From IMG/VR virus record IMGVR_UViG_3300022309_000001, positions 1 to 64,000 of that record: a stretch of 64,000 bases of DNA, one strand, 5' to 3'. Made by a program: the position numbers and the translations under genes. The notes under the pieces were generated by a model that did not search any database, was not told the DNA's origin, and saw only the letters and a list, made by a program, of their open reading frames with translations. Positions within the stretch are counted from its first letter, which is position 1. Each line of letters begins with the position of its first letter. Of this stretch, positions 50,766-58,797 are shown one piece after another. The stretch comes from a virus.

Positions 50766-51007
50766 GCTGGCTCTTCATGGGTCAGATGCCGGATCCGGAC
50801 CTGGACACAGCCGAGGCCCGGGGCTTTCCGCGCATCTACGACGCCAGCGCGCCCATGACAGAGGCGGACCTGCGCGCCATCCGCTCCGCCCCTAGGCGCC
50901 CACCTGGCGGCCGTCCCGGACGCGCAGTGCTGACCGGCGGCGGCGATTGCCGGTGCGGCCGGTGCCTGTGGGAGACGAGGTGCCCGCTGGACACCGCTGG
51001 ACGGTAG
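50762..51007 (+). CDS. hypothetical protein (CRCGRC motif)
   Basis: GTGA coupling; 81 aa. Confidence 0.45.
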   Translation: MSWLFMGQMPDPDLDTAEARGFPRIYDASAPMTEADLRAIRSAPRRPPGGRPGRAVLTGGGDCRCGRCLWETRCPLDTAGR

Positions 51008-51175
51008 GCCACCACCGGCACCCGGGCGCATACCAATAGGCGCCCTGGGGTATACCAACGCGCGCAGGCGCTAAGCGGCCGGATGGCCAGCAGGCTAGGA
51101 CAGAATCCATAGACATTGCGTGCACTTGCACATTGCTTGACACTGGGCTAGCGCGGTGCCATACTGTCTTTGTTG
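51005..51175 (+). repeat. intergenic promoter cassette, copy A
   Basis: Homologous to 54767-54940. Both start at the upstream TAG, have TAGGCGCCCTGG 32 nt later, an inverted repeat before the -35 box, and GCTTGACA...GCTAGCGC...CATACTGTCTT.GTTGGGC. Confidence 0.75.
51137..51165 (+). promoter_or_regulatory. promoter TTGACA-N17-CATACT
   Basis: Perfect -35 box with a 17-nt spacer, inside cassette copy A. Confidence 0.55.
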
Positions 51176-51211
51176 GGCGGCACTTCCGCCGCCCGGGATG
51201 GAGCGGACGAC

Positions 51212-51391
51212 ATGGCGACGACGAACGAGACGATGGCGCGTGCGGCAGAGAGGGCGGCGAGGTTTGGGTATGCGGTGTTCGTGTACAGCAACGGGCGTCG
51301 CGATCTGCTCCTGTGCGGAACCGAGGCACCGCCGAAGGGCTTTCACCTTCGCGCGACCGTCCTCCGCGATGGCTCGTGCGCGCTGACGTAG
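51212..51391 (+). CDS. hypothetical protein
   Basis: ATG 51212 downstream of the predicted transcription start; 59 aa. Confidence 0.45.
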   Translation: MATTNETMARAAERAARFGYAVFVYSNGRRDLLLCGTEAPPKGFHLRATVLRDGSCALT

Positions 51392-51412
51392 CCCCGCCGG
51401 TCCGCCGGCCCT

Positions 51413-51458
51413 CTCGCCCGGGGTGGCCCGGGGGCCGGCTTCGAGGCCGGCGGGCGAG
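51413..51458 (+). terminator. compound GC-rich hairpin
   Basis: Outer stem CTCGCCCG/CGGGCGAG encloses an inner CCGGC-TTCGAG-GCCGG hairpin. No U-tract. Confidence 0.35.
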
Positions 51459-51484
51459 ATCACGAAGCAAGAAGGAGGCGTTCC

Positions 51485-51799
51485 ATGTTGAGCCCGGAGA
51501 TACGCACCCACGACGCACGGAGAGAACAGGAGATTCCAAGCGGAATCGGATCGTTCCTGGCTGCCGCGTCCCGTGTGCTCGGGATCGTGCTGGACGTTGA
51601 CGGTCCGTCGTCATGCGGGTGGGGAGTTCGGGCGCGTAGCGAAGACAACCCGGGGCTGACGCTGGACCAGATTGTCTCTAGGGTGCGCAAGCTGCGCGGC
51701 GAGCTGGCCAGGAAGGGCCATGACGTTGATGCCGTGCGCTCTTGGGGACGGGGCGCGAGGCAGACGACGCACGGGGCGCGGTTCTGGATCTATGCGTGA
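51485..51799 (+). CDS. hypothetical protein
   Basis: ATG after AAGGAGG; 104 aa. Confidence 0.5.
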   Translation: MLSPEIRTHDARREQEIPSGIGSFLAAASRVLGIVLDVDGPSSCGWGVRARSEDNPGLTLDQIVSRVRKLRGELARKGHDVDAVRSWGRGARQTTHGARFWIYA

Positions 51800-51810
51800 G
51801 GAGGTTGGCT

Positions 51811-52065
51811 GTGTCTTGGAGAGTCGTGCGACGCGAACGCGCAGATGCCGAAGGGCTCGCCGTTGTGAACTCCACGGGCGCGACCGTCTGTGAGCGCTTT
51901 TGGCCCGACGCGGTGCCGAGGTCGGCGCGGCGGACGTTCGCCCGGATTGTCAGGCTGGAGCGGGCCGAACGCACGCGCGAGCGGGAGCGCGCCAGGGCAA
52001 GAAGCCGCCCGCTGGTAGCTACTGGTGCGCGGACTGTGGGGACTGGCACATGCCGCCGTAAGTAG
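51811..52065 (+). CDS. hypothetical protein with possible frameshift near its 3' end
   Basis: GTG 51811 after GAGGAGG. GC3 drops after about 51990, while the -1 frame becomes GC3-rich and ends YWCADCGDWHMPP (TAA 52059-52061). Confidence 0.35.
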   Translation: MSWRVVRRERADAEGLAVVNSTGATVCERFWPDAVPRSARRTFARIVRLERAERTRERERARARSRPLVATGARTVGTGTCRRK

Positions 52066-52070
52066 CCCCT

Positions 52071-52091
52071 CCCCGGCCGCTGACGCCGGGG
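52071..52091 (+). terminator. GC hairpin CCCCGGC-N7-GCCGGGG
   Basis: 7-bp stem directly after the stop; no U-tract. Confidence 0.35.
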
Positions 52092-52107
52092 GACGCGGAG
52101 GACAACG

Positions 52108-52296
52108 ATGGTGCGCGTGATCGACGACACGACGTTGCGCGAGCTGGTGGAGGCGACGAGGACGCTCTTGCGCCAGGCGCCGCACGACCCGGCCAAGTGC
52201 AGAGACCCGAGCGGATGGCGCCCGCGGCTTTGTACCTGCGCCGTGAGGCGGGTGGAGAAGGCTCTTGCCGCCGCCGACGATACGCTTGGACGATAG
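52108..52296 (+). CDS. hypothetical protein
   Basis: ATG after GGAGGACAACG; 62 aa. Confidence 0.5.
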   Translation: MVRVIDDTTLRELVEATRTLLRQAPHDPAKCRDPSGWRPRLCTCAVRRVEKALAAADDTLGR

Positions 52297-52314
52297 GCCA
52301 CGTCCGCCCCGTTC

Positions 52315-52336
52315 GTCCGGCCGGGTGACGCCGGAC
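52315..52336 (+). terminator. GC hairpin GTCCGGC-N8-GCCGGAC
   Basis: 7-bp stem. Loop resembles that of the 52071 hairpin (CCGGCCG.TGACGCCGG). Confidence 0.35.
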
Positions 52337-52380
52337 CACCACGCCAGCACATCGCCCGGTGGCGCGGGCCTGGAGAAGCG

Positions 52381-52761
52381 ATGAACTACCTGAACTGTAC
52401 GCCGCACGCCATTGTCATCTACGACGCCGAGGGCAAGAACATCCTCGCGACGATCCCGCCCAGCCAGTGGACGATCCGCGTCCTTACGCCCCCGCAGCGC
52501 GAGCGCGCCCCGGTCGAGATCGCTGGTGCCGACGTCCCGGTCGTCAGCGCCCAGGACTTCGAGGCCGGCGAGGTCCACGGAATCCCGCCTTGCGACGAGT
52601 TCCAGCAGCAGAGCACGGCCCTGATCGTGGGCATCATCGGAGCCAAGGCCGTGGATCGCCTGTGGGATGGCCCGGTCTACGTGACGGACACCGGACCCGA
52701 GTCCGCGGTGCGCGACCCGAGCGGGCGGATCCTCGGGGTGCGGCGGTTGCAGCTCCCGTAG
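52381..52761 (+). CDS. hypothetical protein
   Basis: 126 aa, MNYLNCTPHAIVIYDAEG...; high GC3. Confidence 0.55.
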   Translation: MNYLNCTPHAIVIYDAEGKNILATIPPSQWTIRVLTPPQRERAPVEIAGADVPVVSAQDFEAGEVHGIPPCDEFQQQSTALIVGIIGAKAVDRLWDGPVYVTDTGPESAVRDPSGRILGVRRLQLP

Positions 52762-52782
52762 CTGGGGTCGGAGTCGCTGGAC

Positions 52783-52801
52783 GGGCGGCCCGTTGCCGCC
52801 C
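52783..52801 (+). terminator. GC hairpin GGGCGGC-N5-GCCGCCC
   Basis: 7-bp stem, 22 nt after the stop. Confidence 0.35.
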
Positions 52802-52836
52802 GAGACGCCCCCGGGAGGGGGCAGGAGGAAGAGACG

Positions 52837-53361
52837 ATGACCACGCCCATTTGCGCGAACCTGGACCAGTTCACGGACGGCGAGCTGCCCCGGGCCGCCG
52901 CCGATGCTTTCAGGGCGCACCTGCCGGACTGCGCCCCGTGCCAGGCGGGACTTGGGGATCGACTCCATCTCGACGCCCTCGCGGCGCGAGCGGTGAAGCG
53001 CGCGGAGGGGTCCGCGCCCCCGCCGCCCCCAGTAGAGGGGCCGGGGCTGCGACACCTCAACAACCTGCGCCGCGTCCTCGACGCCATGTACCACCACGAC
53101 AACGAGCGCCGGGATCCGATGTGGCTTGCCGGACTTGTCCATCAGGCGCGTCAGGAGGTGGACGCTGCCCTCGCCGCCGAGCAGGCGCGCGAGAAGCTCC
53201 AGCGGGAGGCGTCGCGTCTCTTCCAGCGCGACGACATCCAGGATAACCGGCTCACCTACAGTCCGGACGACAGCCCGGCCCACATGCACTTGGAGATCGA
53301 CGAGGACACGGTCGCCGCGATCCGCGCCATGTTCGCAGCCGAGCCGGGGTCCGCGCCATGA
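52837..53361 (+). CDS. protein with N-terminal zf-HC2 (ZAS) anti-sigma-factor motif
   Basis: CANLDQFTDGELPRAAADAFRAHLPDCAPC matches the C...DGEL...HxxxCxxC anti-sigma zinc-finger signature. No TM segment. Confidence 0.5.
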   Translation: MTTPICANLDQFTDGELPRAAADAFRAHLPDCAPCQAGLGDRLHLDALAARAVKRAEGSAPPPPPVEGPGLRHLNNLRRVLDAMYHHDNERRDPMWLAGLVHQARQEVDAALAAEQAREKLQREASRLFQRDDIQDNRLTYSPDDSPAHMHLEIDEDTVAAIRAMFAAEPGSAP

Positions 53362-53549
53362 TGCCGGATCAGGTGCTCGCTCGGGTCTCCTGGCTGGCCG
53401 GAGATCGACGCCTTGGCGAAGCGACGAGGCGCGCTCTCCGGACTGAAGTTGATCGGATGGTGGACGCGCAGCGGGTGAGCCGCGCGGCCTACCGGGTAGC
53501 CGCGAGCCGGGCCGCTGTCGCCGCGCGTGAGATGGGGGTGTCGCTGTGA
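53358..53549 (+). CDS. hypothetical protein
   Basis: ATGA coupling; 63 aa. Confidence 0.4.
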   Translation: MMPDQVLARVSWLAGDRRLGEATRRALRTEVDRMVDAQRVSRAAYRVAASRAAVAAREMGVSL

Positions 53550-53848
53550 CCGCCCCCACCCTCGGCATCCGCATCCGCCGCGCCCGCGAGGCCGCCGGCA
53601 TGGGCCTGCGGGAGCTGGCGCGCGCCGCCGGCAAGTCCGCCGGGTGGCTGTCGCGGTTGGAGCGCGGCGAGGACAAGCGCGCCAGCGTTGGGGCGCTCCA
53701 GGCGCTCGCCCGGCTGCTGCGGATCGACCCGGACGCGCTCCTTCTCTCCGCCGGGAAGGTCCCGCCGGACGTGCTCCGGCACCTCCAGGCCAACCCCGGC
53801 CTGTGCGAGATGGTCCGGCTCTGGGCCGACAAGGAGAAGACACGATGA
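53546..53848 (+). CDS. XRE-family helix-turn-helix regulator
   Basis: LGIRIRRAREAAGMGLRELARAAGKSAGWLSRLERGE; GTGA coupling. Confidence 0.7.
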   Translation: MTAPTLGIRIRRAREAAGMGLRELARAAGKSAGWLSRLERGEDKRASVGALQALARLLRIDPDALLLSAGKVPPDVLRHLQANPGLCEMVRLWADKEKTR

Positions 53849-54150
53849 GCATCCGCACCGTCACGCTGGACCTGTTCGACGCGGTGCGCGCCTACCGCGA
53901 GGCAATCACGACACTCGAAAGCCTCGCCCGGATGGACGTGCTGACGAGCGCCGACGCGATGCGGATCGCCGCTGGGCTGGAGCTGGGTCCGGCCCGCGCC
54001 GGGCTAGCGAAGCTCGAAGACGCCATCCTCGCTGTGAACGCGCTCGAGGAGCGCCTCGGACGCTCCGGGCGAGCGCTGGAGTCCATCGCGCAGGCTGCAA
54101 CCAAGACGATTCACGACCTGCGCCGCACCACCAAGGAGCCGAACGAATGA
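53845..54150 (+). CDS. hypothetical helical protein
   Basis: ATGA coupling; 101 aa. Confidence 0.5.
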   Translation: MSIRTVTLDLFDAVRAYREAITTLESLARMDVLTSADAMRIAAGLELGPARAGLAKLEDAILAVNALEERLGRSGRALESIAQAATKTIHDLRRTTKEPNE

Positions 54151-54572
54151 TCGCCCGACCGACCATGCCAACCCCGCAGCCTCGCGACGTGCGCGACCCG
54201 AAGACGGGACAGCGGATCTGCGCATACGAGACCGACCCTAACGGCGCTCCCGGAGTCATCTGTGGCCGTCCCCACAACGCCAAGGGCCGCTGTGCCACCC
54301 ACTACGGGCACATCCGCCGGGACCGTCCACGCCCCCCGGAGGGCCAGCGTCCACGGCGAGGGGCAGACCTGGTGCAGGTGGGCCTACGAGTCAGCCGCGA
54401 ACTATGGGAGCGATTCGAGCGCGAGCGGGCCACGTCGGAACTGGGCCAGAGTCGGGCCATCGAGGACGCGCTCGAGCTGTGGCTCGTCTGGGCAGTCCAG
54501 GACCGGCTCGACACACACCAGGGGCTGGCCCGGCCAGCGCGCACCGTCCGGACGCCGAGGGGGTCGCCATGA
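54147..54572 (+). CDS. zinc-finger plus ribbon-helix-helix DNA-binding protein
   Basis: ICAYE...ICGRPHNAKGRCATHYGHIRRD, then VQVGLRVSRELWERFERERATSELGQSRAIEDALELWL. Same architecture as 15081..15365. Confidence 0.5.
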   Translation: MIARPTMPTPQPRDVRDPKTGQRICAYETDPNGAPGVICGRPHNAKGRCATHYGHIRRDRPRPPEGQRPRRGADLVQVGLRVSRELWERFERERATSELGQSRAIEDALELWLVWAVQDRLDTHQGLARPARTVRTPRGSP

Positions 54573-54769
54573 AGCCAGCGACGCGGTTTCCACCCCAGGG
54601 CCTACGCGAGGCCGTGCGGCGCCTGGACGAGCACATCAACGGCATCCCGCATCGCCATGAGCCCGGGAGCGCCTTGGGGCGGCGGTGCCTTCAACTCGGC
54701 GGATGCGACCGGGCGCTGCTCGAAGCGTGGCGCGTCGCAAAACGGCGCATCCGGACGCCCACGAGGTAG
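54569..54769 (+). CDS. hypothetical protein
   Basis: ATGA coupling; 66 aa. Confidence 0.45.
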   Translation: MKPATRFPPQGLREAVRRLDEHINGIPHRHEPGSALGRRCLQLGGCDRALLEAWRVAKRRIRTPTR

Positions 54770-54940
54770 CCACCCACATGCTTCCGGGTGCGTCCTATTA
54801 GGCGCCCTGGCGCATACCAGCGGCAACAGGGTAAGCGCCAGCGTGCCCAAGCTGGAGGCGGCGGCGATTCCGCTTGTGCTGCGCACACTTGCGCTAGAGC
54901 TTGACAGTGAGCTAGCGCATAGGCATACTGTCTTCGTTGG
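54767..54940 (+). repeat. intergenic promoter cassette, copy B
   Basis: Homologous to 51005-51175, with the same spacing of conserved blocks. Confidence 0.75.
54901..54929 (+). promoter_or_regulatory. promoter TTGACA-N17-CATACT
   Basis: Perfect -35 box with a 17-nt spacer, inside cassette copy B. Confidence 0.55.
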
Positions 54941-54973
54941 GCAGCGCTGACGCGGCCCGAGACGAGGGACACC

Positions 54974-55495
54974 ATGGACACCACCACCCAGGCAGCCGAG
55001 CGGATCCACAGGTTTGAGAAGGCAGGACTTGGCAAGGCGCCCTTCCGCTACCTGGGCTGGTACAAGGCGGTCTACCAGGCCATCCCGGGCGACCCGAACT
55101 GCCCGATCCAGCCCGGCTCCTCCTGTGACTACTGCGGCCAGGGCATCATGTACGTCTGCCGCATCGTCGGCACGGACGGCAAGGAGTTCAAGGTGGGCTG
55201 CGACTGCGTGGCCAAGACTGGCGACGCGGGCCTCATGAAGGTGGTGGACAACGAGAAGCGCCAGCACGAGCGGAAGCTGCGGCGCGAGTTGGCCGCCAGG
55301 AAGGCCGACGCCCTTGGCGCTCTGCTGGCCGATGAAGGCAACCTGGCGAAGCTGTCCGCTCGGCCCCACCCGGCGCAGTGGGCCGTAGCCCAGGGCAAGA
55401 CGCTGCTGGACTGGGCGCGGTGGATGGTTGAGCACTCCGGCGCGGCCGGCAAGGCGAAGACGCTGAAGGCGCTCAGGCTGGCGCTGGCGCAGTAG
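54974..55495 (+). CDS. hypothetical protein with CDYCG...GCDC motif
   Basis: 173 aa. ATG after GAGGGACACC, downstream of the cassette B promoter. Confidence 0.55.
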   Translation: MDTTTQAAERIHRFEKAGLGKAPFRYLGWYKAVYQAIPGDPNCPIQPGSSCDYCGQGIMYVCRIVGTDGKEFKVGCDCVAKTGDAGLMKVVDNEKRQHERKLRRELAARKADALGALLADEGNLAKLSARPHPAQWAVAQGKTLLDWARWMVEHSGAAGKAKTLKALRLALAQ

Positions 55496-55521
55496 GGCTC
55501 AGGCGAACCAAGGAGGACACG

Positions 55522-55737
55522 ATGGCAACCAAGCTAGTGAGAATGGGCGATGCGGTATACGAGGTTCCGGAGGACGGGTGCCGGGCGCTTCTCAACGCGC
55601 TCGTCCGTGGCGAGCATGCCCGGCTGTCCGACCACGGAGCAAGGTTCCTCGGCTCGTCGGTGGACTTGCTTGGCAAGACGCGGGACGACGCTATCCAGGC
55701 GCTGCACGACCTGGACGCTTCGGAGGCGCAGGAGTGA
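55522..55737 (+). CDS. hypothetical protein
   Basis: ATG after AAGGAGGACACG; 71 aa. Confidence 0.5.
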   Translation: MATKLVRMGDAVYEVPEDGCRALLNALVRGEHARLSDHGARFLGSSVDLLGKTRDDAIQALHDLDASEAQE

Positions 55738-55982
55738 ACGGCAGGCCCGACAGCGCATCCGCCGAGTTGCTGGCGCTTCGGCGCCGCGCCCGGGAGTTCT
55801 GTAGGGCCTACCGTCCGGTCCTGCCGGTTGGACTTCATCCACCCTACCGGACCGACGCCCAGCTTCGCGCCCAGGACGCGCTCCAGGCGGCCGGCTACTA
55901 CGAGACGGGCATCATGTACGACACGGCGGGCTGGGTGGCTGCAATCGACCGGGCGATTGCGCTTGACGCACGGGCGGCATAG
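55734..55982 (+). CDS. small helical paralog-family protein (dispersed copy)
   Basis: AELLALRRRAREFCRAY...QDALQAAGYYETGIMYDTAGWVAAIDRAIAL; GTGA coupling. Confidence 0.5.
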   Translation: MNGRPDSASAELLALRRRAREFCRAYRPVLPVGLHPPYRTDAQLRAQDALQAAGYYETGIMYDTAGWVAAIDRAIALDARAA

Positions 55983-55991
55983 GCGTAGAAC
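55963..55991 (+). promoter_or_regulatory. candidate promoter TTGACG-N17-TAGAAC
   Basis: Hexamers with a 17-nt spacer, overlapping the 3' end of the preceding gene and upstream of ATG 56015. Confidence 0.4.
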
Positions 55992-56014
55992 GCTTGGCCA
56001 AGGATGGGGCAACC

Positions 56015-56191
56015 ATGACTGATGAAGATCGGGACAGCGTGCTGGAGCACATTGCCAAGGAGCACCTGTGCATCCCGACGCTGGCCGGACGGGGCTCAGA
56101 CTCGCTGGACTTCCACGCGCTGTCTGTCTGGCGCTTGAAGAACGCGCTCGAGGCCGCCTTCATGGCTGGCGCCCGGGATGGCAGGCGATGA
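56015..56191 (+). CDS. hypothetical protein
   Basis: ATG 56015 after AAGGATGGGG; 58 aa. The track start 55994 precedes the predicted transcription start. Confidence 0.45.
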   Translation: MTDEDRDSVLEHIAKEHLCIPTLAGRGSDSLDFHALSVWRLKNALEAAFMAGARDGRR

Positions 56192-56379
56192 GCGACGAGA
56201 CGCGAGTCTGCCCGGCCTGCGACAAGGCGCAGCCCGAGAGCGACTTCTTCTGGACCTACGACCGCTACAGCAACCCATGGCGCAAGGTGTGCCTGGGCTG
56301 CCTGGATCGCGTCCAGGCAGAGAATCTCGAATGGGAGTTCGACCCGGCCGATGCCGGGGAGAGCATGGAGCCGGTGTGA
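56188..56379 (+). CDS. zinc-ribbon protein
   Basis: CPACD...CLGC; ATGA coupling. Confidence 0.5.
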   Translation: MSDETRVCPACDKAQPESDFFWTYDRYSNPWRKVCLGCLDRVQAENLEWEFDPADAGESMEPV

Positions 56380-56957
56380 TGGCGAAGATCGAACAGACGA
56401 AGAATCCATGCCGGCACCGCTGGACGCGGTACGCGGTGACCGGCGCAGCGGCCATGAGCGGGCGCGGAGAGCTGCTGATCATCGAGCGCTGCGACTACTG
56501 TCGAGAGGGGAACAGTCGGAAGGCGACAAGCGCCGAGAGGCGCGAGCACCGGGCAAGGTGCATCCGTGACCAGGGCCGCAGCCGGGAGTTCCATCGCGCC
56601 TGGCTTCACGTCCGGAAGCTGCTGGAGCGCTATCGCGACTGCGCAGAGCAGGACGGCAAGCTGGAGTTCGGCCGCCGGATGGAGCGCTTGCAGAGGCGCT
56701 TCCAGGACCGGATCAAGTACGTCCACGTCGACGATGCAGTACACGCGAACTCGGATCTGTGGCTGGTGCTCCACTACTGCGACGACCCACGGTGGGGCTT
56801 CGAGTACTGGGGGACGAGCGCCATCTACGTCGGCCAGTGCGACGCCATGCCGCTGTCGGAGTTCTTCTTCTATCCGCGCGACATGAAGATGATGCTCAAG
56901 GCGGCCAAGGAGATCGAGGCGCTCCAGCGCAAGCTCAACAGAGGCAGGAGATGGTGA
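56379..56957 (+). CDS. hypothetical protein
   Basis: TGATG coupling; 192 aa. Confidence 0.5.
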   Translation: MAKIEQTKNPCRHRWTRYAVTGAAAMSGRGELLIIERCDYCREGNSRKATSAERREHRARCIRDQGRSREFHRAWLHVRKLLERYRDCAEQDGKLEFGRRMERLQRRFQDRIKYVHVDDAVHANSDLWLVLHYCDDPRWGFEYWGTSAIYVGQCDAMPLSEFFFYPRDMKMMLKAAKEIEALQRKLNRGRRW

Positions 56958-57787
56958 TGACAACGGCGTGCTTCAGGATTACCGGCGCGTTCATGACAGA
57001 GCAAGCGCGTAGCTTCTGGAGCGAGGAGCAAGATCCAGAGCGCGCTATCAGATGGCTAATGGACGGGCTTCCTGGAATCACCTACGATCAAGTCTTGGCT
57101 GTGCTGGAAGGGCGCCAGAAACTGACCGGCGATAGCGTTGGCGGAATAGTCCTCGAGCCGGATAGCGCATCCGGTCTTCCAACGCTCAGTGTTGTCATGA
57201 GGCGAGAGCGCGCAGCGCGAGAGGACGCCGAGGATCGGGCCGCTGATTACGCCCAGATGGCTGTCGGGGCCACGGTTGGTCTGGCGAGTCCTGGCGGATT
57301 GAGACACGTCCCGGAGCGAAAGGTCGCCCGGTCGTCCGGTAAGATGGCTCTTGTGGACGGCTACGACTGGCCAGAAAACGCCGTCGCGTCTGGGTGCAAG
57401 CCGCTCCAGGTCTACCGCGCCACTGACACTCCGTGGCTCGATCGCATGTCGGCACAGCCCGCCGAACCGGGAGAGCAATACGACGAGGAATCAGGCCACG
57501 AACTACCGCATCCCAGTTCCAGCATCGACCAGGAGAACGGCTGGCTTGCTCCTGATGGGAAGTTCTATCCTTGCGCCAGGACGGGGCATGTTCAGGCGAT
57601 CTGCGATCTAGGACTCAACCCCGCCATGGCCGAGGTTATCGGATGGGTGAAGATCGCCGATGGGAACGTGTTCGGGTTTCTCGGCGATGCCAAGCAAGCA
57701 CGGCCGACAGAGATCCAGATCAAGCGCGTGGTGGACTACTGCCTGACCGGATCCCACGAGTTGCCACACTGGGCGCAGGAGCATTGA
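56957..57787 (+). CDS. hypothetical protein
   Basis: ATG 56957 (or 56951); 276 aa with high GC3. Confidence 0.5.
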   Translation: MTTACFRITGAFMTEQARSFWSEEQDPERAIRWLMDGLPGITYDQVLAVLEGRQKLTGDSVGGIVLEPDSASGLPTLSVVMRRERAAREDAEDRAADYAQMAVGATVGLASPGGLRHVPERKVARSSGKMALVDGYDWPENAVASGCKPLQVYRATDTPWLDRMSAQPAEPGEQYDEESGHELPHPSSSIDQENGWLAPDGKFYPCARTGHVQAICDLGLNPAMAEVIGWVKIADGNVFGFLGDAKQARPTEIQIKRVVDYCLTGSHELPHWAQEH

Positions 57788-57838
57788 GGCCATCGACGCG
57801 CGGATGATCGCGGCGGACGCGAACGACTAGGGACCGAC

Positions 57839-58264
57839 GTGCAGACCTTCCTCCCCTACCCGAGCTTCTCCGAGTCAGCCCGCGCGCTCGACTGGCGGCG
57901 GCTCGGCAATCAGCGCAAGGAGACTTGGCAGATTCTCAACGCGCTTGAGGGCCGGACCAAGGGTTGGGTCAACCACTCGGCCACTAGGATGTGGCGCGGC
58001 TACGAGCGGGCGCTGTGTCTCTACGGCCTGGCCGTCTGCGATGAGTGGATCCGCCGGGGCTACCGGGACACGATGCGCGAGAGGTTCGCCTCGGCGCTCC
58101 AGCGCCATGCCGGGGCTACTCGGCCGGCATGGCTGGGCGACGAGGACTTCCACCGGAGCCACCAGAGCAACCTGCTCCGGAAGCTGCCGGATCACTACGG
58201 GCCGCTCTTCGGTGACGTGCCGGCAGATCTGCCGTACGTCTGGCCGCCGGGAGGTACGAGGTGA
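57839..58264 (+). CDS. pyrimidine-dimer DNA glycosylase-related protein (MSMEG_6728-like family)
   Basis: MQTFLPYPSFSESARALDWRRLGNQRKETWQIL...GWVNHSATRMWRGYE...EW.RRGY matches my recollection of this EndoV-related family. Confidence 0.5.
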   Translation: MQTFLPYPSFSESARALDWRRLGNQRKETWQILNALEGRTKGWVNHSATRMWRGYERALCLYGLAVCDEWIRRGYRDTMRERFASALQRHAGATRPAWLGDEDFHRSHQSNLLRKLPDHYGPLFGDVPADLPYVWPPGGTR

Positions 58265-58464
58265 GCGACAGACTGACGCCCGAGCAGGTTCGGGACCGCC
58301 TGGAGTGGGCGCTAGGTGAGCGGCTATCAGAGCAGACACGGCAAGCACTGGCCGCAGAGTTGGAGAACCTTCTGCGGAAGATCCAAGGCGGAGACCAGCA
58401 GGCGAGCCGGGCGGCGGCGCTGAGGGCTGAGGCCGTGGCGTCCCTGTTCCGGATCGGGCTGTAG
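58261..58464 (+). CDS. small helical protein
   Basis: GTGA coupling; 67 aa. Confidence 0.45.
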   Translation: MSDRLTPEQVRDRLEWALGERLSEQTRQALAAELENLLRKIQGGDQQASRAAALRAEAVASLFRIGL

Positions 58465-58479
58465 GGACGAAAGAAAGGC

Positions 58480-58508
58480 TTGACTGCCTAGCAGCAGTCC
58501 AGTAAAGT
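58480..58508 (+). promoter_or_regulatory. promoter TTGACT-N17-TAAAGT
   Basis: Hexamers with a 17-nt spacer. The -10 box ends 8 nt before ATG 58517, implying a leaderless transcript. Confidence 0.5.
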
Positions 58509-58516
58509 GCCTGGCC

Positions 58517-58765
58517 ATGGAGACGACTACCACTGAGTGCCGCGATGTCGAGCTGGCCACCGGGCTGCGCTCCAGGACGGTCCGGCCACTGGATGGCGGG
58601 CGGTGCGTTGCCTACGGCTGCGAGGATGCCAGCCGCTACGGCGTGGCGCCCGGCTCCGACCGGAAGGCCGTGGGGCCGTGTGAGGCGCATGCGGTGCTGG
58701 GCTCGAGTCGCGGTTGGTTAGAGCTGGACGCTGGCCGCGCGGCTGGCAGGACGAAGAGCGCCTAA
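58517..58765 (+). CDS. hypothetical protein (apparently leaderless)
   Basis: 82 aa track ORF with no ribosome-binding site. Its ATG is at the predicted transcription start. Confidence 0.45.
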   Translation: METTTTECRDVELATGLRSRTVRPLDGGRCVAYGCEDASRYGVAPGSDRKAVGPCEAHAVLGSSRGWLELDAGRAAGRTKSA

Positions 58766-58797
58766 CCCGGGAGTGGCGCACCGGACTGGAGGGAAAA

